DNA from: Octopus sinensis
Taxonomy: Eukaryota
Assembly: GCF_006345805.1 (NCBI RefSeq)
Contig: NW_021833249.1
Coordinates: 45,661-109,660 of the forward strand
Direction of reading: 5' to 3'
DNA length: 64,000 bases
In this document: positions 50,884-64,000 of the stretch, in pieces
How positions within the stretch are numbered: position 1 is the first letter of the stretch
Layout: each line of letters begins with the position of its first letter
Position numbers and translations under genes: made by a program
Notes under the pieces: model-generated
The model's input: the letters and a program-made list of their open reading frames with translations, nothing else
Told to the model about the DNA's origin: nothing
Database searches by the model: none

Positions 50884-51731
50884 AGAAAAGGAAAGTATCT
50901 AATTCAGCTAGACTACAATCCATGGTGCAAGGGAGACTACTCATAGTTGTCTTCACTGCCAGAAGACCCCTTTATTTTTCTCAAGAAGGGATGTTACACA
51001 TTCATATGTATGTGTTTGCATATGCCAAACCACATCCCCACTCTTGGCACTATTTGTTAGTGAACAGTACAAACTGTGTGTAAAGTATATAATGTAGCGT
51101 CATATTTTTCATTTATTTATTATTTATTGGAACGCTAAGATCTTTGTAGGGCTATTTGAGGGAGGAGGAGTGACTATAGCAGACTGACATGCACTGATCA
51201 ACTGACAATTTCCAAACCAATTTTATTAATATAGAATACAAGGGTCTGAAAGGGCTACTAGTAACTGAAAAAATTCAGCGATGACATCAATATGGAATTT
51301 GGCCTGTACAAGTGTGCAAAAGCTTCATTCAAATGTGGTGAACTGACAGCTAATATCATGACCCAACATGATCGTGATACATCTATCAAGAACCTGATGC
51401 AAGAAGGTTTTTATAAGTATCTTGGGGTACACGAAGGGAAAGAGATTCAACACAAGTCAATGAAAGAAAAGAATGGTCCTGAATACTGAGCTGAACTCCC
51501 AGAATAGAATTGCGGCTATAAACTTCCTTGCATTACAAGTTGTCCATTCATTAATGTCGTCAATTTGAATCTGAGTGAAATCCAGCATATGGACATAAAG
51601 TCCAGGAAACTGCTGACACCCAAAATCAGACGTCCACAGGGTCTATCTTCCATATAAGGAAGGTAGTAGAAACTTAATCCAACTTGAAATGTCCTATAAA
51701 ACGACCACGATAGGGTTCCAAATGTACATCC

Positions 51732-54400
51732 TGTAGTGATCCTATACAACGGCGCGCGCTCGCGCACCGTCCATTTGTATTTCGCGCGTGCGGGGTTGGT
51801 GCTTTCACCACCGGAAGAAGAACCCTTTTGCCTACGTAGCAGTTAGCCGAGGCAAGGGGATCGTATGACGTTGACCACCAGCGTCCATCAAGCAGCGACT
51901 TGAGACAGCAGCGACTGAAGGCGACGGTCACGTATATTTTCTCTCCGTCCGAACTTGATTCTAGCAGCACCTTACCAAAAGGCCTTTAACCAAATTGTTG
52001 CAGACCCTGTTCCGGACGCCATCTTTGACCAGTGTCGTTTTGCATTTGAACACTTTCTTATTTTACAGCGATAAGGTTCAGCACTGACACATTTATACCA
52101 AAGGGATACCAGATAACCACTTATTGTTACTGTTACCACATTAGAGAATAAAGTAGTATATATATCTTTTACGTCTGCGTCTGGTTGTTTCTGACTGGTA
52201 GAATTCTGGATTATTAAAGCAACGAATAGTGATTGCTTTCTTGTACCCCGAAAGTACAAGAGAAGATGTTCACTCACACTAAGACCGTTACAGTGGTGAC
52301 CCCGACGTGATTCTGGTCTAAAACCAGAGATCACTGAACAACAACAAAAAATCCAGTTTTTCTGCGAAGTCGGAACACGATTTAACTCTACGCAGTCATC
52401 ATCTTTCGACGATTTGTTTCCGGCCACCACAAACAGTTGTAGAAGGAGCCTCTTTCTTATTCTACAGCCACGATGACGAACGCCATCATATCAACGATGC
52501 CTTTTCTCCACCTTCGTCATCGCCATCGTCGTCTTTCTACTTCACGTCGTCGTTGTCTTCGTCGCCATCACCACTAAGAACAATGTTGTCTCAAGTCCAC
52601 TACAGTCGCCTTCCACCACCACCGTCGCTTTTCAACACCGTCGACCAAGATGCGCATAGCAACTCGCGGAACTTTAGCGTGCACGCTGTTTGTGCATATG
52701 CACACCAAGGATTAACAGCACCGTCTATCTACGAGATTCTTCTGTTCCAGTTAACCTGTCACAGCATTGAAGCCACAACCGTTACACGATATGTGTCCAA
52801 TCGGCATCTGCATTTGTGATCTCAACATTCTGTTACAGAACGAACTGCTATTGTGCATCAGGCTATTACAGACTGGTAAATTAACTCCATTGTCTGAAAT
52901 AGCACTGAGAGACATTTTTCCTATGCGCTGTATTATTATTTTGCTCGCATTTCGCCTTGTATGTATTTTTGTCGCACACACGTACACACACATAAATGCT
53001 ATCTCTCACATACATACGTCACACATGCTTTTCTCGCTTGATTATTCCATGCTAAATTTGCCTTTTGTGGACACACCTCATTTCTATAGACCCTAGGGGT
53101 CACGTATACATAGAGAGGGTTGTTTGTCCATTATAACGCGCCAGCATGTCATACTTTTGTTCCTGTACGAACGAGGCATATAATCGCTCAACCACTGGCA
53201 TATTCATTGCTGTTTTTCGGTCTGGCAAGCTCTATTGCATTTCATGCGCCTTTGCTTCGCACGTGTATTGCCTTGTTTTTTTGCAACACGTTTGCGTTAG
53301 CTTAATTCTTTTCCCGACTCATAGTATGTCGGATGTTCACATGCGCTGCGCCTATGTATGGGCGTAATTATTTTTCCCTGTTAGACTCCTGTTGGTCACG
53401 TAATTAACAGAGAAAATTATCTGTGTCGCGCATCACACCAGCATGCTTGCACTTTTGCCTTTTGTGTTACTAGCGATCTATCTGTCGATTCCATTTCCTC
53501 TCCTGCAGCAATTGACTTAACTGCTATTTCGCAGGATCAACTACTTTTAGAGAAGTTGGATTTAATTTCGCCTAGGTTCATTAACTGTGAGTTTGCTTTC
53601 CTCCCGCTCCCTACAGCGGAAGGCTCTATACTTTGTGACGTATCCACTTTCATGCATGCACTTTTGAATTTTGCTCATTTTGAGTATTTTTTCCTTTTGG
53701 TGAATTTCTTATGTATGATGTAAAATTTTGCCATTTTTATTATATTGTGTGCTATTTGGTTATCTGGTGTCAACCTTGAGTTTTATAGTCACTACAGGGA
53801 ATTTTGTGTCGTGCTTACGCACTGGGGTGTAGCTCTGTAGTGATCCTATACAACGGCGCGCGCTCGTGCACCGTCCATTTGTATTTCGCGCGTGCGAGGT
53901 TGGTGCTTTCACCACCGGAAGAAGAACCCTTTTGCCTACGTAGCAGTTAGCCGAGGCAAGGGGATCGTATGACGTTGACCACCAGCGTCCATCAAGCAGC
54001 GACTTGAGACAGCAGCGACTGAAGGCGACGGTCACGTATATTTTCTCTCTGTCCGAACTTGATTCTAGCAGCACCTTACCAAAAGGCCTTTAACCAAATT
54101 GTTGCAGACCACATCTCCCTGTTCCAGACGCCATCTTTGACCAGTGTCGTTTTGCATTTGAACACTTTCTTATTTTACAGCGATAAGGTTCAGCACTGAC
54201 ACATTTATACCAAAGGGATACCAGATAAGCACTTATTGTTACTGTTACCACATTAGAGAATAAAGTAGTATATATATCTTTTACGTCTGCGTCTTGTTGT
54301 TTCTGACTGGTAGAATTCTGGATTATTAAAGCAACGGCTAGTGATTGCTTTCTTGTACCCCGAAAGTACAAGAGAAGATACATTCACTAAGCTCGTTACA
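51732..54400 (+). mobile_element. Non-coding LTR retroelement (LARD/TRIM-like)
   Basis: TG..CA LTRs 51732-52292 and 53836-54400; ATCC TSD; PBS TGGTGACCCCGACGTGATT (tRNA-Trp type); 1.5-kb interior with no recognisable gag/pol. Confidence 0.9.
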
Positions 54401-55194
54401 ATCCAAAGTAACAATGACTGGCAAGGCAACATAAGTAAGAAACTGTACTCAATCTCAAAGAAGGGATATAAATACAGACAAGAGCTTCATCTCCCTGATT
54501 ATGATAATGATAAAGAGGACACACCACTCACTAACACAGCAGAAAGGTTAGACTCCTGTTGGTCACGTAATTAACAGAGAAAATTAACAGGAAAGCTTGA
54601 AGGAAATATCGAGACTGTGGAAATAAAAGCCATTGCATGGGCAATATCCCAAACGAGCTGGGGAAATTAATGTAGATAAGAAAAGAACTCATCAGTGACT
54701 GCAGATACCTGGTTTGAAAGCCGAATCAGAAGGATTTATCCTAGTAACACAAGATCAGAATCCCCCCTCTCAGAACTATCAAGCTAATGTCACACAAAAT
54801 GTGGTGTAGATACAAAGTGTAGTCTATGGATCTGGGACTGAGCACTAAGCACTAAGAATTTCGACAAGAATAAACTAGCTCAAGGGCTATTTCAGTTTGT
54901 CCGCTGTAACAAGCTGAAGGAATATCTTTATGAAAAAAATGGTAACGAAGAGTCAGAAAAACCCCCATACTGAAAAAAATGCTTACTGAAAATAAAAACG
55001 ATGATGATTGAATCTGGCATAATTTGGATTGAAAAGAATCCCAGTTGGTATCCAGATAAAGTTCGGGATGGATGTTCACAAGCACTATTGGAATTTATTG
55101 AATCTTTTCAGACAGGCATGAGGGAAAGCCGAGTGGAAAGAAGTCTTGGAATAACTTCACAAATTCCCAACATTACATACTCCACCGTCTAGCT

Positions 55195-55680
55195 AATAAT
55201 TAATTGTTATTAAAATAGTGGATAAAGGAAACGCTATCGTAATTATGGGCGAAAGAGAGTATATTTTAGCATGAGTTTTAAGTGACAAAATTTCATATGA
55301 AGAATTACCTGTCGATCCAAACCTCAATCACAGAGAGGAACATGACAAAATAATTCTGGAAATGGAGGAAAACAATTTCATTAATAAGGTCAAATCCATG
55401 AGTCAGAAAGAACACCTGTATTTTATGGTCTCCCTAACATTTCCTCCAATGCGCCCAATTTGCAGCAAATATGAATCTTGTACAGTCAAAATTTCGGAGT
55501 AGCTGGACGGCTTTCTACCCCTTGTCGCAAAAAGATCAAGTTCCTTTTGATTTTTAAGCACCGGAGCCATGTTGAAAACTGTTTTTTTGGTAATCATGGA
55601 TGTCTCTTCCTTATATCCCAATATTGACCACGATGAAAGGGTAGAAACATGCATGAATGCCTTCGAAAAACAGTCAAACA
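55195..55680 (+). mobile_element. Penelope-like RT fragment
   Basis: IKIVDKGNAIVIM, YEELPVDP, FYGLP, PMRPI, MDVSSLYPNIDHDE. Confidence 0.8.
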
Positions 55681-56199
55681 AAAGTATTCATTGTACAACA
55701 GCACGAGTCAAGTGAATTCCATCAGGGATCATAACAGAAATGTTATGATTTGTGAATGCAATAAGTAACCTAAACAATTAAGCAATAAAATTTCCCCAAA
55801 TGTATGGAGTTCCTCACAGGCGCAACTGAGGAACCAAGAGTTCTGGTTATCCCGACGCACCTCAATTTCTCCGGTTTCAGAGTAGGCCCATCTGCGCCAC
55901 ATTCACCAACCTTTCAACAAATTTACTTGCAGAACTTCCCTCTCTACCCTTACTTTCCTTTTCAAGTGGAACTTGAAAAAGTCGATGAGGGCTTAACTGA
56001 AGAGGAAAGTATGCCTACAGTCCTTACAATTTCATCTGCCACACTACCTCCTTCGTCAGAGCCACCAAACAGAGGAAAACTGCCTTTCCTTCCTGGAAAG
56101 AAGTAAGAAAAAGATTGGCAGCATTAGTAGGTAACAATAGAAGGAAGCTGACTAGGAAAGTAGGTTCTGTAATCAGTAGGATAGATACAAAAAATATAG

Positions 56200-56620
56200 G
56201 TGACACTACCTTATTGATCTATACAAGTATGGAATTTCCACAAGGAAAAGTTAGAAGAGTTGAAAAAGAGCAAATTGAGAGGAGAGAGTTATAAGAATCT
56301 AGGAATATTAGAATTTGAGAGAGCACTAACTATAGAAATGAAAACGAAAATTGAGGAGTACATCAGAAGGGTGAGGAAGTTAATGAAGTCAAAGCTAAAT
56401 GGTCCGAATCTAGTGAAGAGTGTAAATACATGGTCAGTATCATTACATAGACACTCAGAAGCTTTTCTAGATTGGATAAAAATTGAATCAGCAAAGTTAG
56501 ACAGAAGAACTAGGAAGGAATTTAATATGAATGGAGGATACCACCCAAGGGCAGGAGTAGCAAGGTTATACTTACATAGAAAGGGTTATTATCAAAAAAA
56601 GACTGTGTAGAGTTAGCTAG
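56200..56620 (+). mobile_element. R4/Dong-type LINE fragment
   Basis: EYIRRVRKLMKSKLNG, VNTWSVS, LDRRTRK..HPRAGVARLY. Confidence 0.8.
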
Positions 56621-56872
56621 AGTTATAGGTAATAGAGAAAGCTACAGTCACAGCAAAATACACGTCACATATGTGTAACAGGTACAATAAAAATCAACAT
56701 ATTCCAATTTTCGACTTCATGGTGAGAAAATTTCATATGATACTGTTACAAAATATTGTAAATATGCATGAAAAACTATACAAATTTGTAGAATAGAAAT
56801 CATTTTTTAGTGTACTGTTTACACATAGGTGATGTCTATTTTTGCTGAGAAACATTTTTCACGCTATGAAAA

Positions 56873-59800
56873 ACAACAACAGTAAAAGGTAAAGTACCAA
56901 CAACAATAGGATAAGCTGAGGAACAAACTACAAGAGAAGAACAACAGTAAACGCTGAAGAACCAATAACGACAGTAAAAGCAGAAGAACCAACAACAACA
57001 GTAAAAGCTGAATAACTAACAACAGTAAAAGCTGAAGAACCAACAAAAACAGTAAAAGCCCAAGGACAATCAACAACAGTAACATTGATGAACCAAGTAC
57101 AACAGTACAAGGTAGAAAGCCAACGACAAGAGTAAAAACTTAAGAACCAACAATAACAGGAAAATCTGAAGAACAAACAACAAAAGTAAAAAGCAAATGA
57201 GACAACAACAGCAAAATCTGAAGAACTAACAACAACAGTAAAATCTGCAAAACAAACGACAGAAGTAAAAGTTGGTTCCTAACAATAAAATCTAAAGAAA
57301 CATCAACAACAGTAAAAGCTGAAGAACCAACAACAGTAAAAGCTGAAGAAGCAACAACAACAGTAAAATCTGAAGTATTTATTGTTATAAAACAGTAAAA
57401 GCTGAAGAACCAACAACAACAGTAAAACCTGAAGAAGCAACAAGAGTAAAAGCTGAAGAACCAACAACAGTAACACCTAAAGAACCATCAAGAGCAGTAA
57501 AAGCTGATGAACCAAGTACAACAGTACAAGGTAGAAGAGCCAACGACAAGAGTAAAAACTGAAGAAACAACAATAACAGTAAAAGCTGAAGCATAAACAA
57601 CAAGAGTAAAAAGCAAAAGAAACAACAACAGTAAAATGAAGTACCAACAACAAAAGTAAAAGCAGAAGAACCAATAACAGTAAAAGCTGAAGAACCAACG
57701 ACAACTGTAAAAGCTGAATAACCAACAACAGTAAAATCTGAAGAAACATCAACAAGAGTAAAAGCAGAAGAACTAACAACAGTAAAAGCTGAAGAAGCAA
57801 CAACAGTAAAAGCTGAAGAAGCAACACAGTAAAAGCTAAGAACCAACAACAACAGTAAAAGCAGAAGAGCCAACAACAACAGTGAAGCTGAAGAAACAAC
57901 AACAGTAAAAGCTGAATAACCGGCAACATTAAAAGCTGAATAACAAACAACAGTAAAATCTGATCTGAAGAACCATCAACAAAAGTCAAAAGTAAAACCT
58001 GAAGAAACATCAACAGCATTAAAAGCCGAATAAGAAACAACAACAGTAAAATCTGTAGAACCAATAAAACAGTAAAAGCTGAAGAACCAACAACAACAGT
58101 AACTGCTGAAAAACCAACGACAACAGTAAAAGCAGAATATATGTTGTTGGTTCTTCGGCTTTTACTGTTGTTAGGTCTGCTTTTACTGTTGTTCATGGTT
58201 CTTCAGCTTTTACTGTTGTTGACGTTTCTTCAGGTTTTACTGTTGTTGATGGTTATTCAGCTTTAACTGTTGTTAATGGTTCTTCAGGTTTTACTGTTGT
58301 AATTGGTTCTTCAGATTTTACAGTTGTTGGTTATTCAGTAAAAGATGAAGAGTTAACAACAACAGTGAAAGCTGAAGAACCAACAACAACAGTAAAAGCT
58401 GAATAACCAAAAACAGTAAAATCTGAAGAACCATCAACAACAGTAAAAGCTGAATAACCAATAACAAGAATAAAAGCTGAAGAACCAACGACAAAAGTAA
58501 AAGATGGTTCTTAAGAACCAATAACAACAATAAAAAGCAAAAGAAACAACAGTAAAATGAAGTACCAACAACAAAAGTAAAAGCAGAAGAACAAATAACA
58601 GTAAAATCTGAACTACCAACGACAACAGTAAAAGCAGAATAACCAATAACAACAGTAAAAGCTGAAGAACCAACGACAGTATCACCTAAAGAGCTCCAAA
58701 ATCTGAGGAACCAAGTACAACAGTAAAAGGTAGAAGAGCCAACGACAAGAGTAAAAACTGAAGAAACTACAATAACAGTAAAAGCTGAAGCACAAACAAG
58801 AGTAAAAAGCAAAAGAAACAGCAACAGCAAGATCTGAAGAACTAACAACAATAGTAAAATCTGCATAACCAACGGCAAGAGTAAAATCTTAAGAACCAAC
58901 AAAAACAGTAAAAGCTGAAGAACCAACAACAGTAAAAGCTGAAGAACCATCAACAGCATTAAAAGACGAATAACAAACAACAGTAAAATCTGAAGAACCA
59001 ATAAAACAGTAAAAGCTGAAGAACTAACAACAACAGTAAAAGCTGAAAAATATACAACAGTAAAAGCTGAAGAACCAGCAACAACATTGAAAGATGAATA
59101 ACGAAGAACAACAGTAAAATCTGAAGAACCATCAACAACAGTAAGATCTCTAGAACCAACAACAACAGCAAAACCTGAAGAACCATTAACAGTTAAAGCT
59201 GAAGAAGCAACAAAAACAGTAAAAGCTAAAGAACCAACAACGACAGTAAAATGAAGTACCAACAACAAAAGTAAAATCTGAAGTACCAACAACAGTAAAA
59301 GCTGAAGAAACGTCAACAACAGTTAAAGCCGAAGAACCAACGACAACAGTAAAAGCAGAATGACTGTCGTTGATTCTTCGGATTCTACTGTTGTTACTTC
59401 TGCTTTTACAGTTGTTGCTGGTTCTTCAGATTTTAGTTGTTGATGTTTCTTCAGATTTTACTGTTGTTGGTTATTCTGCTTTTACTGTTGTCGTTGGTTC
59501 TTCAGCTTTTGCTGTTGTTGTTTTTTTGCTTTTTACACTTCTTGTTTGTGCTTCAGCTTTTATTATTGTTTCTTTAGAAAAGAATTTATTGTTATATAAC
59601 AGAAAAGCTGCAGAACCATCAAAAACATTAAAAGCTGAAGAACCAAGAACAGTAAAAGATGAAGAATTAACAACTGCAAGAGTAAATTCTTAAGAACCAA
59701 CAAAAACAGTAAAAGCTGAAGAACCAACAACAGTAAAAGCTGAAGAAGCATCAACAACATTAAAAGCTGAAGAACCATCAACAGCATTAAAAGACGAATA

Positions 59801-62800
59801 ACAAACAACAGTAAAATCTGAAGAACCCATAAAACAGTAAAAGCAGAAGTACCAACAACAACAGTAAAACCTGAAGAACCAGCAACAGCATTAAAATAAC
59901 AACAGTAAAATCTGAAGAACCATCAACAACAGTAAAACCTGAAGAACCATTAACAACAGTTAAAGCTAAAGAACCAACAACAACAGTAAAATGAAGTACC
60001 AATTACAAAACAAAAACCTGAAGAACCAACAACAGTAAAATCTGAAGTAACAACAACAGTAAAAGCTGAAGAACCATGAACAACTGTAAAAGCTGAAGAA
60101 CCAACGACAACAGTAAAAGCAGAAAAACTGTTGGTTCTTCGGCTTTTTCTGTTGTTAGTTCTGCTTTTACTGTTGTTGCTAGTTCTTCAGATTTTAGTTG
60201 ATGTTTCTACAGATTATAAGTTGGTTATTCAGCTTTTACAGTTGTCGTTGCTTCTTCAGCTTTTACTGTTGTTCTTGGTTCTTCAGCTTTCTCTCTTGTT
60301 GTTGCTTCTTCAGCTTTTACTGTTGTTGTTGACTGTTGTTTTTGATTATTCACATTTTACTCTTGTTTTTAGTTGTCAGCTTTTACCGTTGTTGGTTCTT
60401 CAGCTTTTACTGTTGTTGTTTGTTATTTCGCATTTTCTGTTGTTGATGGTTCTTCAGGTTTTACTGTTGTTGATGGTTCTTCAGGTTTTACTGTTGTAAT
60501 TGGTACTTCAGATTTTACAGTTTTTCTGTTGTAATTGGTTCTTCAGATTTTGCAGTTGTTGGTTATTCAGCTTTCACTGTTAAAGCTAAAGAACCAACAG
60601 AAGTAAACGCTGAAGAACCAACAACAGTAAAAGCTGAAGAACCAACGACAACAGTAAAAGCTTCTTCTACCTTGTACTGTTGTACTTGCTTCATTAGCTT
60701 TTATTGCTCTTGATCGTTCTTTAGGTGTTACTGTTGTTGGTTCTTCAGCTTTTACTGTTGTTGGTTCTTTAGCTTTTACTATTGTTGTTTGTTATTTCGC
60801 ATTTACAGTTGTTGATGGTTCTTCAGCTTTTACCGTTATTAACCAACAACAGGAAAACCTGAAGAAACATCAACAGCATTTAAACCAGAATAACAAACAA
60901 AAACAGTAAAAGCTGAAGAACCGACAACAGTAAAAGCGGAAGAACCAACAACAGTGAAAGCCGAAGAACCAAAAACAGTAATAGCTAAAGAATCAACAAC
61001 AACAGTAAAAGCTGAAGAACCAACAACAACAGTAAAAGCTGGCAGTTGTCGTTGGTTCTTTATCTTTTACTGTTGTTGGTTCTTCTGCTTTTAATTTTGT
61101 TGTTGGTACTTCACTTTACTTTTGTTGTTGGTTCTTCAGCTTTTGCTGTTGTTTCTTTTGCTTTTTACTCTTGTTTTTTGTGCTTCAGCTTTTACTTTAA
61201 TTGTTGTTTCTACAGTTTTTATTTTACTCTTCTCGTTGGCTCTTCTACCTTGTACTGTTGTACTTGCTTCATTAGCTTTTATTGCTCTTGATCGTTCTTT
61301 AGGTGTTACTGTTGTTGGTTCTTCAGCTTTTACTGTTGTTGGTTCTTTAGCTTTTACTATTGTTGTTTGTTATTTCGCATTTACAGTTGTTGATGGTTCT
61401 TCAGCTTTTACCGTTATTGTTAGTTCTTCAGCTTTTAATGTTTTATTAGTTCTTCAGATTTTACTATTGTTTGTTCTTCAGCTTTTACTGTTGTTGTTGG
61501 TTCTTCAGCTTTTACTGTTGTTGTTGGTTCTTCAGCTTTTACTGTTGTTGTTTGTTCTTCAGCTTTTACTGTTGTTGTTTGTTCTTCAGCTTTTACTGTT
61601 GTTGTTGGTTCTTCAGCTTTTACTGTTGTTGTTTGTTCTTCAGCTTTTACTGTTGTTGTTTGTTCTTCAGCTTTTACTGTTGTTGTTGGTTCTTCAGCTT
61701 TTACTGTTGTTGTTGCTTCTTCAGCTTTTACTGTTGTTGGTTCTTCAGCTTTTACTGTTGTTGTTTGTTTTTCTGCTTTTAATAACCAATAACAACAGTG
61801 AAAGCTGAATAACCAACAACTGTAAAATCTGAAGAGCCAACAAAAACAGTAAAAGCTGAAGAAGCACCAACAACAGTAAAAGCGGAAGAACCAACGACAA
61901 GAGTAAAAGCATTAAAAGCCGAATAACAGACAACAACAGTAAAATCTGAAGACCCGGCAACAACATTAAAAGCTGAATAACAAACAACAGTAAAATCTGA
62001 ACCAACAACAACAGTAAAAGCTGAAAAGCCAACAACAACAGTAAGAGCTGAATAACCAACAACAACAGTAAAATCTGAAGAACCAATAAAACAGTAAAAG
62101 CTGAAAAGCCAACAACAACAGTAAAATCTAAAGAACCAACAACAGTAAAATCTGAAGAGCCAACAACAGTAAAAGCTGCAGAACTGGCAACAACATTGAA
62201 AGCTGAATAACAAACAACAACAGTAAAATCTGAAGAACCATCAACAAGAGCAAAAGCTGAAGAGCCAACAAAAACAGTAAAAGCTGAAGGACCAACAACA
62301 GTAAAAGCTGAAGAAACATCAACAGTAAAACCTGAAGAACGATCAACCTGAAGAACCTGAAGAACCAAGAACAACAGTAAAAGCTGAAAAACCAACAACA
62401 ACAGTAAAAGCTGAAGAAACAACAAAAAAGAACCATCGAGAGCAGTAAAAGCTGATAAACCAAGTACAATAGTACAAGGAAGAATGGCCAACGACAAGAG
62501 TAAAAGCTGAGGAACCAACAAAAACAGTAAAAGCTGAAGAACCAACAACAACAGTAAAAGCTGAAGGAGAAAACACAATTTTACAGTTTTTCTGTTGTAA
62601 TTGGTTCTTCAGATTTTACAGTTGTTGGTTATTCAGCTTTCACTGTTAAAGCTGAAGAACCAACAGAATTAAAAGCTGAAGAACCAACGACAACAGTAAA
62701 AGCCGATTAACCAACAACAGGAAAACCTGAATAAACATCAACAGCATAACAAACAAAAAAGAACCAATAAAACAGTAAAAGCTGAAGAACCAACAACAGT

Positions 62801-64000
62801 AAAAGCGGAAGAACCAACAACAACAGTGAAAGCCGAAGAACCAAATTAGTAATAGCTAAAGAATCAGCAACAGTAAAAGCTGAAGAACCAACAACAACAG
62901 TAAAAGCTGGCAGTTGTCGTTGGTTCTTTAGCTTTTACTGTTGTTGGTACTTCAGATTTTACTGTTATTGGTTCTTCTGCTTTTAATTTTGTTGTTGGTA
63001 CTTCACTTTACTGTTGTTGTTGGTTCTTCAGCTTTTGCTGTTGTTTCTTTTGCTTTTTACTCTTGTTCTTTGTGCTTCAGCTTTTACTTTTATTGTTGTT
63101 TCTACAGTTTTTACTCTTGTCGTTGGCTCTTCTACCTTGTACTGTTGTACTTGGTTCATTAGCTTTTATTGCTTTTGATCGTTCTTTAGGTGTTACTGTT
63201 GTTGGTTCTTCAATTTATTACTGTTTGTCATTTCGCATTTACAGTTGTTGATGGTTCTTCAGATTTTACTCTTGTTTGTTATTTAGCTTTTACTGTTGTT
63301 CATGGTTCTGCAGCTTTTACTGTTGTTGTTGGTTCTTCAGCTTTAACTGTTGTTGATGGTCCTTCAGGTATTACTGTTGTTGATGGTTCTTCAGATTTTA
63401 TTGTTGTTGTTGGTTATTCAGCTTTAACTGTTGTTGATAGTTCTTCAGCTTTTAATGTTGCCTGTTATTCAGCTTTTACTGTTGTTGCCGGTTCTTCAGC
63501 TTTTACTGTTGTTCTTGCTTCTTCAGCTTTTACTGTTGTTGTTTCTTCGGGTTTTACTAACAACAGTGAAAGCTGAATAACCAACAACTGTAAAATCTGA
63601 AGAACCATAGATAACAGTAAAACTTGAAGAATCATCAACAACAGTAAAAGCTGAAGAGCCAACAAGAACAGTAAAAGCTGAAGAACCATCAACAACAGTA
63701 GAAGATAAAAACCAATAACAACAGTAAAAGCTGAATAACCAATAACAACAGGAAAATCTGAAGAAACATCAACAACAATAAAAGCTGAAGATCCAACAAA
63801 AACAGTAAAAGCTGAACAACAGTAAAAGCATTAAACGCCGAATAACAGACAACAACGGTAAAATCTGAAGAACCCATAAAACAGTAAAAGCTGAAGAACC
63901 GGCAACAACAAAAAAGCTGAATAACAAACAACAGTAAAAGCTGAAGAACCAACAACAACAGTAAAATCTGAAGAACCAACAACAAAAGTAAAAGCTGAAA
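56873..64000. repeat. 24/27-bp satellite (AC)AACAGTAAAAGCTGAAGAACCA with many orientation switches; runs off the window
   Basis: Direct reading; A-rich and T-rich blocks alternate. Confidence 0.95.

Larger units (their letters stand above)
48036..51096 (+). mobile_element. Gypsy LTR retrotransposon lacking RT/RNase H; 3' LTR truncated
   Basis: 5' LTR 48036-48255; PBS TGGTGGCAGCGGT (tRNA-Leu type); PPT AAGAAGGGA; 3' LTR 50992-51096 matches the first 105 bp. Confidence 0.92.

Noticed and set aside
57385-63985. Long Leu/Val-rich ORFs (up to 333 aa) that look like membrane proteins
   Set aside because: They are antisense translations of the 24/27-bp satellite
56873-64000. Intact mucin gene
   Set aside because: Frequent stops, frameshifts and strand flips leave no long open TTVKAEEP frame

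Overview
AT-rich, repeat-saturated eukaryotic genomic DNA. The SINE, MITE and Helitron families look like those of octopus/cephalopod genomes; this is recognition, not a search result. Most ORFs in the supplied track are microsatellite or satellite artefacts. The only well-supported host coding sequence is one exon encoding the C-terminal half of a WSC domain with a (GCT)12 poly-Ala insert (32806-32968, +). The rest is nested mobile DNA. Retroelements: several tRNA-derived SINE families, CR1, RTE, R4/Dong-type LINEs, four or five Penelope-like (PLE) fragments and three defective LTR elements, two of them with target-site duplications (TSDs). DNA elements: a mariner relic, MITEs and a head-to-tail Helitron array. 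Best leads: (1) a ~2.6 kb non-coding palindromic element (6700-9339) whose two ~1.05 kb arms each carry a near-canonical minimal hammerhead ribozyme, plus two degenerate hammerheads elsewhere in PLE contexts; (2) a >7 kb 24/27-bp satellite (56873-end) that switches strand about 12 times and whose inversion junctions are themselves re-amplified; (3) CTAG|TC head-to-tail Helitron junctions consistent with rolling-circle concatemers. All alignments and identities were judged by eye.
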